A stretch of 64,000 nucleotides of DNA, taken from contig OZ024754.1 in NCBI GenBank assembly GCA_964016885.1, forward strand, positions 21,080,001 to 21,144,000. Reading direction: 5' to 3'. The notes under the pieces are model-generated. The model saw only the letters and a program-made list of their open reading frames with translations, was not told where the DNA came from and made no database searches. Below are positions 12,001 to 27,659 of the stretch, piece after piece; the first letter of the stretch is position 1; each line of letters starts with the position of its first letter. The position numbers and the translations under genes were made by a program. This stretch comes from Eledone cirrhosa (lineage: Eukaryota).

Positions 12001-15000
12001 ATAGGGACTCCCTCCCATATTTGCCTTGGTATTAACATAGGGACTCCCTCCCATATTACCCTTGGTATTAACATAGACTCCATCCCATATTACCCTTGGT
12101 ATTAACATAAACTCCCTCCCATATTAGCCTTCGTATTAACATAGGGACTCCCTCCCATATTACCCTTGGTATTAACATAGACACCCTCCCATATTACCTT
12201 TGGTATTATGATAGGGACACCCTCCCATATTACCCTTGGTATTAACATAGACTCCCTCCCATATTACCCTTGGTATTAACATAGACTCCCTCCCATATTA
12301 GCCTTGGTATTAACATAGGGACTCCCTCCTATATTACCCTTAGTATTAACATAGACTCCCTCCCATATTACCCTTGGTATTAACATAGACTCCCTCCCAT
12401 GTTAGCCTTGGTATTAACTTAGACTCCCTCCCATATTAGCCTTGGTATTAACATAGACTCCCTCCCATATTACCCTTGGTATGAACATTGGGACTCCCTC
12501 CTAAATTAGACTTGGTATTAACATAGTCTCCCTCCCATATTACCCTTGGTATTAACATGCACTCCCTTCTATATCAGACGTGGTATTAACATAGGGACTC
12601 CCTCCCATATTAGCCTTGGTATTAACATAGGGACTCATTCTCATATTAGACTTGGTATTAACATAGACTCCCTCCCATATTAGACTTGGTATTAACATAG
12701 GGACTCCCTCCCATATTACCCTTGGTATTAACATAGGGACTCCCTCACATATTACCCTTGGTATTAACATAGAGACACCCTCCCATATTACCCTTGGTAT
12801 TAACATTGGGACTTCCTCCTAAAGTAGACTTGGTATTAACATAGACTGCCTCCCATATTACCCTTGGTATTAACATAGGGACTCCCTCCCATATTACACT
12901 TGGTATTAATATAGAGACTCCCTCCCATATTACCCTTGGTATTAACATAGACTCCCTCCCATATTAGAATTGGTATTAACATAGATTCCCTCCCATATTA
13001 GACTTGGTATTAATATAGAGACTCCCTCCCATATTACCCTTGGTATTAACATAGATTCCCTCCCTTATTAGACTTAGTATTAATATAGAGTCTCCCTCCC
13101 ATATTACCCTTGGTATTAACATAGACTCCCTCCCATATTACCCTTGGTATTAACATAGACTCCCTCCCATATTAGACTTGGTATTAATATAGAGACTCCC
13201 TCCCATATTACCCTTGGTATTAACATAGACTCCCCCCCATATTACCCTTGGTATTAACATAGACTGCCTCCCATATTACCCTTGGTATTAACATAGGGAC
13301 TCCCTCCCATATTTGCCTTGGTATTAACATAGGGACTCCCTCCCATATTACCCTTGGTATTAACATAGACTCCATCCCATATTACCCTTGGTATTAACAT
13401 AAACTCCCTCCCATATTAGCCTTCGTATTAACATAGGGACTCCCTCCCATATTACCCTTGGTATTAACATAGGGACTCCCTCCCATATTAGACTTGGTAT
13501 TAACATAGACTCGCTCCCATATTACCCTTGGTATTATCATAGGGACTCCCTCCCATATTACCCTTGGTATTAACATAGACTCCCTTCCATATTACCCTTG
13601 GTATTAACATAGACACCCTCCCATATTACCTTTGGTATTATGATAGGAACACCCTCCCATATTACCATTGGTATTAACATAGACTCCCTCCCATATTACC
13701 CTTAGTATTAACATAGACTCCCACCCATATTACCCTTGGTATTAACATAGACTCCCTCCCATGTTAGCCTTGGTATTAACATAGACTCCCTCCCATATTA
13801 GACTTGGTATTAATATAGAGACTCCCTCCCATATTACCCTTGGTATTAACATAGACTCCCTCCCATATTACCCTTGGTATTAACATAGGGACTCCCTCCC
13901 ATATTACCCTTGGTATTAACATAGAGACCCCCCCCCCCATATTACCCTTGGTATTAACATAGACTCCCTCCCATATTTCCCTTGGTATTAACATAGGGAC
14001 TCCCTCCCATATTACCCTTGGTATTAACATAGGGACTCCCTCCAAAATTAGACTTGGTATTAACATAGACTCCCTCCCATATTACCCTTGGTATTATCAT
14101 AGGGACTCCCTCCCATATTACCCTTGGTATTAACATAGACTCCCTCCCATATTACCCTTGGTATTAACATAGACTCCCTCCCATATTACCCTTGGTACTA
14201 ACATAGACTCCCTCCCATATTACCCTTGGTATTAACATAGGGACTCCCTCCTATATTAGACTTGGTATTAACATAGACTCCCTCCCATATTACCCTTGGT
14301 ATTAACATGCACTCCCTCCCATATTAGACTTGGTATTAACATAGGGACTCCCTCCCATATTTCCCTTGGTATTAACATAGAGACTCCCTCCCATATTACC
14401 CTTGGTATTAACATAGGGACTCCCTCCTATATTAGACTTGGTATTAACATAGATTCCCTCCCATATTACCCTTGGTATTAACATGCACTCCCTTCTATAT
14501 TAGTCGTGGTATTAAAATAGGGACTCGCTCCCATATTACCCTTGGTATTAACATAGGGCCTCCCTCCCATATTAGACTTGGTATTAACATAGACTCCCTC
14601 CCATATTAGATTTGGTATTAACATAGACTCCCTCCCATATTACCCTTGGTATTAACACAGGGACTCCCTCCCATATTACCCTTGGTATTAACATAGACTC
14701 CCTCCCATATTAGCCTTGGTATTAACATAGGGACTCCCTCCTATATTACCCATAGTATTAACATAGACTCCCTCCCATATTACCCTTGGTATTAACATAG
14801 ACTCCCTCCCATGTTAGCCTTGGTATTAACATAGACTCCCTCCCATATTAGCCTTGGTATTAACATAGACTCCCTCCCATATTACCCTCGGTATTAACGT
14901 GCACTCCCTTCTATATCAGACGTGGTATTAACATAGGGACTCCCTCCCATATTATCCTTGGTATTAACATAGGGACTCCCTCTCATATTAGACTTGGTAT

Positions 15001-16230
15001 TAACATAGACTCCCTCCCATATTAGACTTGGTATTAACATAGGGACTCCCTCCCATATTACCCTTGGTATTAACATAGGGACTCCCTCACATATTACCCT
15101 TGGTATTAACATAGAGACACCCTCCCATATTACCCTTGGTATTAACATTGGGACTACCTCCTAAAGTAGATTTGGTATTAACATAGACTGCCTCCCATAT
15201 TACCCTTGGTATTAACATAGGGACTCCCTCCCATATTAGACTTGGTATTAATATAGAGACTCCCTCCCATATTACCCTGGGTATTAACATAGACTCCCTC
15301 CCATATTACCCTTGGTATTAACATAGGGACTCCCTCCCATATTACCCTTGGTATTAACATAGAGACCCCCCCCCATATTACCCTTGGTATTAACATAGAC
15401 TCCCTCCCATATTTCCCTTGGTATTAACATAGGGACACCCTCCCATATTACCCTTGGTATTAACATAGATTCCCTCCCAGATTACCCTTGGTATTAACAT
15501 ATACTCCCTGCCATATTAGCCTTGGTATTAACATAGGAACTCCCTCCCATATTACCCTTGGTATTAACATAGGGACTCCCTCCCATATTAGACTTGGTAT
15601 TAACATAGACTCCCTCCCATATTACCCTTGGTATTATCATAGGGACTCCCTCCCATATTACCCTTGGTATTAACATAGACTCCCTCCCATATTACCCTTG
15701 GTATTAACATGCACTCCCTCCCATATTAGACTTGGTATTAACATAGGGACTCCCTCCCATATTTCCCTTGGTATTAACATAGAGACTCCCTCCCATATTA
15801 CCCTTGGTATTAACATAGACTACCTCCCATATTACCCTTGGTATTAACATAGACTCCCTCCCATATTACCCTTGGTATTAACATAGACTCCCTCCCATAT
15901 TACCCTTGGTACTAACATAGACTCCCTCCCATATTACCCTTGGTATTAACATAGGGACTCCCTCCTATATTAGACTTGGTATTAACATAGACTCCCTCCC
16001 ATATTACCCTTGGTATTAACATGCACTCCCTCCCATATTAGACTTGGTATTAACATAGGGACTCCCTCCCATATTTCCCTTGGTATTAACATAGAGACTC
16101 CCTCCCATTTTACCCTTGCTATTAACATAGACTACCTCCCATATTACCCTTGGTATTAACATAGACTCCCTCCCATATTACCCTTGGTATTAACATAGAC
16201 TCCCTCCCATATTACCCTTGGTACTAACAT
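1..16230. repeat. Large repeated block: ~1-6040 re-copied (with internal duplication and deletions) at ~9436-16230
   Basis: Identical or near-identical ORF strings at offsets 9435 (221/9656, 811/10246), 9393 (2357/11750), 10686 (2708/13394), 10583 (3719/14302) and 10200 (4694/14894). Shared private variants GGACTCATTCTC, AACTTAGACT and CATAAACTC. Confidence 0.85.
4050..8150. repeat. Tandem duplication of a ~2,059-bp multi-monomer unit
   Basis: ORF pairs 4175/6234, 4694/6753, 4887/6946 and 5294/7353 are all offset by 2059. Shared rare variants CATATGAGAC, CCCAGATTA, ACCCTGGG and a 33-bp monomer (4394, 6452). Confidence 0.9.
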
Positions 16231-19200
16231 AGACTCCCTCCCATATTACCCTTGGTATTAACATAGGGACTCCCTCCTATATTAGACTTGGTATTAACAT
16301 AGATTCCCTCCCATATTACCCTTGGTATTAACATGCACTCCCTTCTATATTAGTCGTGGTATTAAAATAGGGACTCGCTCCCATATTACCCTTGGTATTA
16401 ACATAGGGCCTCCCTCCCATATTAGACTTGGTATTAACATAGACTCCCTCCCATATTAGACTTGGTATTAACATAGACTCCCTCCCATATTACCCTTGGT
16501 ATTAACATAGGGACTCCCTCCCATATTTCCCTTGGTATTAACATAGGGACTCCCTCCCATATTACCCTTGGTATTAACATAGACTCCATCCCATATTACC
16601 CTTGGTATTAACATAGACTCCCTCCCATATTAGCCTTCGTATTAACATAGGGACTCCCTCCCATATTACCCTTGGTATTAACATAGGGACTCCCTCCCAT
16701 ATTAGACTTGGTATTAACATAGACTCCCTCCCATATTACCCTTGGTATTATCATAGGGACTCCCTCCCATACTACCCTTGGTATTAACATAGACTCCCTT
16801 CCTTATTACCCTTGGTATTAACATAGACACCCTCCCATATTACCTTTGGTATTATGATAGGGACACCCTCCCATATTACCCTTGGTATTAACATAGACTC
16901 CCTCCCATATTACCCTTGGTATTAACATAGACTCCCTCCCATATTAGCCTTGGTATTAACATAGGGACTCCCTCCTATATTACCCTTAGTATTAACATAG
17001 ACTCCCTCCCATATTACCCTTGGTATTAACATAGACTCCCTCCCATGTTAGCCTTGGTATTAACATAGACTCCCTCCCATATTAGCCTTGGTATTAACAT
17101 AGACTCCCTCCCATATTACCCTTGGTATGAACATTGGGACTCCCTCCTAAATTAGACTTGGTATTAACATAGACTCCCTCCCATATTACCCTTGGTATTA
17201 ACGTGCACTCCCTTCTATATCAGACGTGGTATTAACATAGGGACTCCCTCCCATATTATCCTTGGTATTAACATAGGGACTCCCTCTCATATTAGACTTG
17301 GTATTAACATAGACTCCCTACCATATTAGACTTGGTATTAACATAGGGACTCCCTCCCATATTACCCTTGGTATTAACATAGGGACTCCCTCACATATTA
17401 CCCTTGGTATTAACATAGAGACACCCTCCCATATTACCCTTGGTATTAACATTGGGACTCCCTCCTAAAGTAGATTTGGTATTAACATAGACTGCCTCCC
17501 ATATTACCCTTGGTATTAACATAGGGACTCCCTCCCATATTACACTTGGTATTAATATAGAGACTCCCTCCCATATTACCCTTGGTATTAACATAGACTC
17601 CCTCCCATATTAGAATTGGTATTAATATAGAGACTCCCTCCCATATTACCCTTGGTATTAACATAGACTCCCTCCCATATTAGACTTGGTATTAATATAG
17701 AGACTCCCTCCCATATTACCCTTGGTATTAACATAGACTACCTCAAATATTACCCTTGGTATTAATATAGAGACTCCCTCCCATATTACCCTTGGTATTA
17801 ACATAGACTCCCTCCCATATTATACTTGGTATTAATATAGAGACTCCCTCCCATATTACCCTTGGTATTAACATAGACTCCCTCCCATATTACCCTTGGT
17901 ATTAACATAGGGACTCCCTCCCATATTACCCTTGGTATTAACATAGGGACTCCCTCCCATATTACCCTTGGTATTAACATAGACTCCCTCCCATATTTCC
18001 CTTGGTATTAACATAGGGACTCCCTCCCATATTACCCTTGGTATTAACATAGACTCCCTCCCATATTACCCTTGGTATTAACATAGTCTCCCTCCCATAT
18101 TACCCTTGGTATTAACATAGGCTCCCTCCCATATTAGCCTTCGTATTAACATAGGGACTCCCTCCCATATTACCCTTGGTATTAACATAGGGACTCCCTC
18201 CCATATTAGACTTGGTATTAACATAGACTCCCTCCCATATTACCCTTGGTATTATCATAGGGATTCCCTCCCATATTACCTTTGGTATTAATATAGAGAC
18301 CCCCCCCCCCATATTACCCTTGGTATTAACATAGACTCCCTCCCATATTTCCCTTGGTATTAACATAGGGTCTCCCTCCCATATTACGCTTGGTATTAAC
18401 ATAGACTCCCTCCCATATTACCCTTGGTATTAACATAGACTCCCTCCCATATTAGCCTTCGTATTAACATAGGGACTCCCTCCCATATTACCCTTGGTAT
18501 TAACATAGGGACTCCCTCCCATATTAGACTTGGTATTAACATAGACTCCCTCCCATATTACCCTTGGTATTATCATAGGGACTCCCTCCCATATTACCCT
18601 TGGTATTAACATAGACTCCCTCCCATATTACCCTTGGTATTAACATAGACTCCCTCCCATATTACCCTTGGTACTAACATAGACTCCCTCCCATATTACC
18701 CTTGGTATTAACATAGGGACTCCCTCCTATATTAGACTTGGTATTAACATAGACTCCCTCCCATATTACCCTTGGTATTAACATGCACTCCCTCCCATAT
18801 TAGACTTGGTATTAACATAGGGACTCCCTGCCATATTTCCCTTGGTATTAACATAGAGACTCCCTCCCATTTTACCCTTGCTATTAACATAGACTACCTC
18901 CCATATTACCCTTGGTATTAACATAGACTCCCTCCCATATTACCCTTGGTATTAACATAGACTCCCTCCCATATTACCCTTGGTACTAACATAGACTCCC
19001 TCCCATATTACCCTTGGTATTAACATAGGGACTCCCTCCTATATTAGACTTGGTATTAACATAGATTCCCTCCCATATTACCCTTGGTATTAACATGCAC
19101 TCCCTTCTATATTAGTCGTGGTATTAAAATAGGGACTCGCTCCCATATTACCCTTGGTATTAACATAGGGCCTCCCTCCCATATTAGACTTGGTATTAAC

Positions 19201-22200
19201 ATAGACTCCCTCCCATATTAGACTTGGTATTAACATAGACTCCCTCCCATATTACCCTTGGTATTAACATAGGGACTCCCTCCCATATTTCCCTTGGTAT
19301 TAACATAGGGACTCCCTCCCATATTACCCTTGGTATTAACATAGACTCCATCCCATATTACCCTTGGTATTAACATAGACTCCCTCCCATATTAGCCTTC
19401 GTATTAACATAGGGACTCCCTCCCATATTACCCTTGGTATTAACATAGGGACTCCCTCCCATATTAGACTTGGTATTAACATAGACTCCCTCCCATATTA
19501 CCCTTGGTATTATCATAGGGACTCCCTCCCATATTACCCTTGGTATTAACATAGACTCCCTTCCTTATTACCCTTGGTATTAACATAGACACCCTCCCAT
19601 ATTACCTTTGGTATTATGATAGGGACACCCTCCCATATTACCCTTGGTATTAACATAGACTCCCTCCCATATTACCCTTGGTATTAACATAGACTCCCTC
19701 CCATATTAGCCTTGGTATTAACATAGGGACTCCCTCCTATATTACCCTTAGTATTAACATAGACTCCCTCCCATATTACCCTTGGTATTAACATAGACTC
19801 CCTCCCATGTTAGCCTTGGTATTAACATAGACTCCCTCCCATATTACCCTTGGTATGAACATTGGGACTCCCTCCTAAATTAGACTTGGTATTAACATAG
19901 ACTTCCTCCCATATTACCCTTGGTATTAACGTGCACTCCCTTCTATATCAGACGTGGTATTAACATAGGGACTCCCTCCCATATTATCCTTGGTATCAAC
20001 ATAGGGACTCCCTCTCATATTAGACTTGGTATTAACATAGACTCCCTACCATATTAGACTTGGTATTAACATAGGGACTCCCTCCCATATTACCCTTGGT
20101 ATTAACATAGGGACTCCCTCATATATTACCCTTGGTATTAACATAGAGACACCCTCCCATATTACCCTTGGTATTAACATTGGGACTCCCTCCTAAAGTA
20201 GATTTGGTATTAACATAGACTGCCTCCCATATTACCCTTGGTAATAACATAGGGACTCCCTCCCATATTACACTTGGTATTAATATAGAGACTCCCTCCC
20301 ATATTACCCTTGGTATTAACATAGACTCCTTCCCATATTAGAATTGGTATTAATATAGAGACTCCCTCCCATATTACCCTTGGTATTAACATAGACTCCC
20401 TCCCATATTAGACTTGGTATTAATATAGAGACTCCCTCCCATATTACCCTTGGTATTAACATAGACTACCTCAAATATTACCCTTGGTATTAATATAGAG
20501 ACTCCCTCCCATATTACCCTTGGTATTAACATAGACTCCCTCCCATATTATACTTGGTATTAATATAGAGACTCCCTCCCATATTACCCTTGGTATTAAC
20601 ATAGACTCCCTCCCATATTACCCTTGGTATTAACATAGGGACTCCCTCCCATATTACCCTTGGTATTAACATAGGGACTCCCTCCCATATTACCCTTGGT
20701 ATTAACATAGACTCCCTCCCATATTTCCCTTGGTATTAACATAGGGACTCCCTCCCATATTACCCTTGGTATTAACATAGACTCCCTCCCATATTACCCT
20801 TGGTATTAACATAGTCTCCCTCCCATATTACCCTTGGTATTAACATAGGCTCCCTCCCATATTAGCCTTCGTATTAACATAGGGACTCCCTCCCATATTA
20901 CCCTTGGTATTAACATAGGGACTCCCTCCCATATTAGACTTGGTATTAACATAGACTCCCTCCCATATTACCCTTGGTATTATCATAGGGATTCCCTCCC
21001 ATATTACCTTTGGTATTAATATAGAGACCCCCCCCCATATTACCCTTGGTATTAACATAGACTCCCTCCCATATTTCCCTTGGTATTAACATAGGGACTC
21101 CCTCCCATATTACGCTTGGTATTAACATAGACTCCCTCCCATATTACCCTTGGTATTAACATAGACTCCCTCCCATATTAGCCTTCGTATTAACATAGGG
21201 ACTCCCTCCCATATTACCCTTGGTATTAACATAGGGACTCCCTCCCATATTAGACTTGGTATTAACATAGACTCCCTCCCATATTACCCTTGGTATTATC
21301 ATAGGGACTCCCTCCCATATTACCCTTGGTATTAACATAGACTCCCTCCCATATTACCCTTGGTATTAACATAGACTCCCTCCCATATTACCCTTGGTAC
21401 TAACATAGACTCCCTCCCATATTACCCTTGGTATTAACATAGGGACTCCCTCCTATATTAGACTTGGTATTAACATAGACTCCCTCCCATATTACCCTTG
21501 GTATTAACATGCACTCCCTCCCATATTAGACTTGGTATTAACAAAGGGACTCCCTCCCATATTTCCCTTGGTATTAACATAGATACTCCCTCCCATATTA
21601 CCCTTGGTATTAACATAGACTACCTCCCATATTACCCTTGGTATTAACATAGACTCCCTCCCATATTACCCTTGGTATTAACATAGACTCCCTCCCATAT
21701 TACCCTTGGTACTAACATAGACTCCCTCCCATATTACCCTTGGTATTAACATAGGGACTCCCTCCTATATTAGACTTGGTATTAACATAGATTCCCTCCC
21801 ATATTACCCTTGGTATTAACATGCACTCCCTTCTATATTAGTCGTGGTATTAAAATAGGGACTCGCTCCCATATTACCCTTGGTATTTAACATAGGGCCT
21901 CCCTCCCATATTAGACTTGGTATTAACATAGACTCCCTCCCATATTAGACTTGGTATTAACATAGACTCCCTCCCATATTACCCTTGGTATTAACATAGG
22001 GACTCCCTCCCATATTTCCCTTGGTATTAACATAGGGACTCCCTCCCATATTACCCTTGGTATTAACATAGACTCCATCCCATATTACCCTTGGTATTAA
22101 CATAGACTCCCTCCCATATTAGCCTTCGTATTAACATAGGGACTCCCTCCCATATTACCCTTGGTATTAACATAGGGACTCCCTCCCATATTACCCTTGG

Positions 22201-25200
22201 TATTAACATAGACTCCCTCCCATGTTAGCCTTGGTATTAACATAGACTCCCTCCCATATTACCTTTGGTATTATGATAGGGACACCCTCCCATATTACCC
22301 TTGGTATTAACATAGACTCCCTCCCATATTACCCTTGGTATTAACATAGACTCCCTCCCATATTAGCCTTGGTATTAACATAGGGACTCCCTCCTATATT
22401 ACCCTTAGTATTAACATAGACTCCCTCCCATATTACCCTTGGTATTAACATAGACTCCCTCCCATGTTAGCTTTGGTATTAACATAGACTCCCTCCCATA
22501 TTAGCCTTGGTATTAACATAGACTCCCTCCCATATTACCCTTGGTATGAACATTGGGACTCCCTCCTAAATTAGACTTGGTATTAACATAGACTCCCTCC
22601 CATATTACCCTTGGTATTAACGTGCACTCCCTTCTATATCAGACGTGGTATTAACATAGGGACTCCCTCCCATATTAGCCTTGGTATTAACATAGGGACT
22701 CCCTCTCATATTAGACTTGGTATTAACATAGACTCCCTCCCATATTAGACTTGGTATTAACATAGGGACTCCCTCCCATATTACCCTTGGTATTAACATA
22801 GGGACTCCCTCACATATTACCCTTGGTATTAACATAGAGACACCCTCCCATATTACCCTTGGTATTAACATTGGGACTCCCTCCTAAAGTAGATTTGGTA
22901 TTAACATAGACTGCCTCCCATATTACCCTTGGTATTAACATAGGGACTCCCTCCCATATTACACTTGGTATTAATATAGAGACTCCCTCCCATATTACCC
23001 TTGGTATTAACATAGACTCCCTCCCATATTAGAATTGGTATTAATATAGAGACTCCCTCCCATATTACCCTTGGTATTAACATAGACTCCCTCCCATATT
23101 AGACTTGGTATTAATATAGAGACTCCCTCCCATATTACCCTTGGTATTAACATAGACTACCTCAAATATTACCCTTGGTATTAATATAGAGACTCCCTCC
23201 CATATTACCCTTGGTATTAACATAGACTCCCTCCCATTTTATACTTGGTATTAATATAGAGACTCCCTCCCATATTACCCTCGGTATTAACATAGACTCC
23301 CTCCCATATTACCCTTGGTATTAACATAGGGACTCCCTCCCATATTACCCTTGGTATTAACATAGGGACTCCCTCCCATATTACCCTTGGTATTAACATA
23401 GACTCCCTCCCATATTTCCCTTGGTATTAACATAGGGACTCCCTCCCATATTACCCTTGGTATTAACATAGACTCCCTCCCATATTACCCTTGGTATTAA
23501 CATAGGCTCCCTCCCATATTAGCCTTCGTATTAACATAGGGACTCCCTCCCATATTACCCTTGGTATTAACATAGGGACTCCCTCCCATATTAGACTTGG
23601 TATTAACATAGACTCCCTCCCATATTACCCTTGGTATTATCATAGGGACTCCCTCCCATATTACCTTTGGTATTAACATAGACTCCCTCCCATATTACCC
23701 TTGGTATTAACATATACTCCCTGCCATATTAGCCTTCGTATTAACATAGGGACTCCCTCCCATATTACCCTTGGTATTAACATAGGGACTCCCTCCCATA
23801 TTAGACTTGGTATTAACATAGACTCCCTCCCATATTACCCTTGGTATTATCATAGGGACTCCCTCCCATATTACCCTTGGTATTAACATAGACTCCCTCC
23901 CATATTACCCTTGGTATTAACATAGACTCCCTCCCATATTACCCTTGGTACTAACATAGACTCCCTCCCATATTACCCTTGGTATTAACATAGGGACTCC
24001 CACCTATATTAGACTTGGTATTAACATAGACTCCCTCCCATATTACCCTTGGTATTAACATGCACTCCCTCCCATATTAGACTTGGTATTAACATAGGGA
24101 CTCCCTCCCATATTTCCCTTGGTATTAACATAGAGACTCCCTCCCATATTACCCTTGGTATTAACATAGACTACCTCCCATATTACCCTTGGTATTAACA
24201 TAGACTCCCTCCCATATTACCCTTGGTATTAACATAGACTCCCTCCCATATTACCCTTGGTACTAACATAGACACCCTCCCATATTACCCTTGGTATTAA
24301 CATAGGGACTCCCTCCTATATTAGACTTGGTATTAACATAGATTCCCTCCCATATTACCCTTGGTATTAACATGCACTCCCTTCTATATTAGTCGTGGTA
24401 TTAAAATAGGGACTCGCTCCCATATTACCCTTGGTATTAACATAGGGCCTCCCTCCCATATTAGACTTGGTATTAACATAGACTTCCTCCCATATTACCC
24501 TTGGTATTAACATAGGGACTCCCTCCCATATTACCATTGGTATTAACATAGACTCCATCCCATATTACCCTTGGTATTAACATAGACTCCCTCCCATATT
24601 AGCCTTCGTATTAACATAGGGACTCCCTCCCATATTACCCTTGGTATTAACATAGGGACTCCCTCCCATATTAGACTTGGTATTAACATAGACTCCCTCC
24701 CATATTACCCTTGGTATTATCATAGGGACTCCCTCCCATATTACCCTTGGTATTAACATAGACTTCCTTCCTTATTACCCTTGGTATTAACATAGACACC
24801 CTCCCATATTACCTTTGGTATTATGATAGGGACACCCTCCCATATTACGCTTGGTATTAACATAGACTCCCTCCCATATTACCCTTGGTATTAACATAGA
24901 CTCCCTCCCATATTAGCCTTGGTATTAACATAGGGACTCCCTCCTATATTACCCTTAGTATTAACATAGACTCCCTCCCATATTACCCTTGGTATTAACA
25001 TAGACTCCCTCCCATTTTAGCCTTGGTATTAACATAGACTCCCGCCCATATTAGCCTTGGTATTAACATAGACTCCCTCCCATATTACCCTTGGTATGAA
25101 CATTGGGACTCCCTCCTAAATTAGACTTGGTATTAACATAGACTCCCTCCCATATTACCCTTGGTATTAACGTGCACTCCCTTCTATATCAGACGTGGTA

Positions 25201-25600
25201 TTAACATAGGGACTCCCTCTCATATTAGACTTGGTATTAACATAGACTCCCTCCCATATTAGACTTGGTATTAACATAGGGACTCCCTCCCATATTACCC
25301 TTGGTATTAACATAGGGACTCCCTCACATATTACCCTTGGTATTAACATAGAGACACCCTCCCATATTACCCTTGGTATTAACATTGGGACTCCCTCCTA
25401 AAGTAGATTTGGTATTAACATAGACTGCCTCCCATATTACCCTTGGTATTAACATAGGGACTCCCTCCCATATTACACTTGGTATTAATATAGAGACTCC
25501 CTCCCATATTACCCTTGGTATTAACATAGACTCCCTCCCATATTAGAATTGGTATTAATATAGAGACTCCCTCCCATATTACCCTTGGTATTATCATAGG
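16230..25600. repeat. ~2.55-2.76 kb higher-order repeat, about 3.5 tandem copies
   Basis: Landmark monomers alternate regularly: TAGTCGTGG type at ~16332, 19094, 21820, 24371 and CAGACGTGG type at ~17202, 19930, 22621, 25171. ORF offsets 2762, 2728, 2726, 2691. Confidence 0.85.
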
Positions 25601-27480
25601 GACTCCCTCCCATATTACCCTTGGTTTTAACATAGACTCCCTTCCATATTACCGTTGGTATTAATATAGGGACTCCCTCCCATATTAGCCTTGGTATTAA
25701 CATAGGGACTCCCTCCCATATTTGCCTTGGTATTAACATAGGGACTCCCTCCCATATTACCCTTGGTATTAACATAGACTCCATCCCATATTACCCTTGG
25801 TATTAACATAGACTCCCTCCCATATTAGCCTTCGTATTAACATAGGGACTCCCTCCCATATTACCCTTGGTATTAACATAGGGACTCCCTCCCATATTAG
25901 ACTTGGTATTAACATAGACTCCCTCCCATATTACCCTTGGTATTATCATAGGGACTCCCTCCCATATTACCCTTGGTATTAACATAGACTCTCTTCCATA
26001 TTACCCTTGGTATTAACATAGACACCCTCCCATATTACCTTTGGTATTATGATAGGAACACCCTCCCATATTACCCTTGGTATTAACATAGACTCCCTCC
26101 CATATTACCCTTGGTATTAACATAGACTCCCTCCCATATTAGCCTTGGTATTAACATATGGACTCCCTCCTATATTGCCCTTAGTATTAACATAGACACC
26201 CTCCCATATTACCCTTGGTATTAACATAGACTCCCTCCCATGTTAGCCTTGGTATTAACATAGACTCCCTCCCATATTAGACTTGGTATTAATATAGAGA
26301 CTCCCTCCCATATTACCCTTGGTATTAACATAGACTCCCTCCCATATTACCCTTGGTATTAACATAGGGACTCCCTCCCATATTACCCTTGGTATTAACA
26401 TAGGGACTCCCTCACATATTACCCTTGGTATTAACATAGAGACACCCTCCCATATTACCCTTGGTATTAACATTGGGACTCCCTCCTAAAGTAGATTTGG
26501 TATTAACATAGACTGCCTCACATATTACCCTTGGTATTAACATAGGGACTCCCTCCCATATTACACTTGGTATTAATATAGAGACTCCCTCCCATATTAC
26601 CCTTGGTATTAACATAGACTCCCTCCCATATTAGAATTGGTATTAATATAGAGACTCCCTCCCATATTACCCTTGGTATTATCATAGGGACTCCCTCCCA
26701 TATTACCCTTGGTATTAACATAGACTCCCTTCCATATTACCGTTGGTATTAATATAGGGACTCCCTCCCATATTAGCCTTTGTATTAACATAGGGACTCC
26801 CTCCCATATTTGCCTTGGTATTAACATAGGGACTCCCTCCCATATTAGCCTTGGTATTAACATAGACTCCATCCCATATTACCCTTGGTATTAACATAGA
26901 CTCCCTCCCATATTAGCCTTCGTATTAACATAGGGACTCCCTCCCATATTACCCTTGGTATTAACATAGGGACTCCCTCCCATATTAGACTTGGTATTAA
27001 CATAGACTCCCTCCCATATTACCCTTGGTATTATCATAGGGACTCCCTCCCATATTACCCTTGGTATTAACATAGACTCTCTTCCATATTACCCTTGGTA
27101 TTAACATAGACACCCTCCCATATTACCTTTGGTATTATGATAGGAACACCCTCCCATATTACCCTTAGTATTAACATAGACTCCCTCCCATATTACCCTT
27201 GGTATTAACATAGACTCCCTCCCATATTAGCCTTGGTATTAACATAGGGACTCCCTCCTATATTGCCCTTAGTATTAACATAGACACCCTCCCATATTAC
27301 CCTTGGTATTAACATAGACTCCCTCCCATGTTAGCCTTGGTATTAACATAGACTCCCTCCCATATTAGACTTGGTATTAATATAGAGACTCCCTCCCATA
27401 TTACCCTTGGTATTAACATAGACTCCCTCCCATATTACCCTTGGTATTAACATAGGGACTCCCTCCCATATTACCCTTTG
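25280..27480. repeat. Tandem duplication of a 1,088-bp unit
   Basis: ORF pairs 25324/26412, 25521/26609, 25627/26715 and 25803/26891 are offset by 1088. Shared GACTCTCTTCC and TATTGCCCTTAG variants. Confidence 0.88.
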
Positions 27481-27659
27481 TATTAACATAGAGACCCCCC
27501 CCCCATATTACCCTTGGTATTAACATAGACTCCCTCCCATATTTCCCTTGGTATTAACATAGGGACTCCCTCCCATATTACCCTTGGTATTAACATAGAC
27601 GCCCTCCCATATTACCCTTGGTATTAACATAGACTCCCTCCCATATTAGCCTTCGTATT

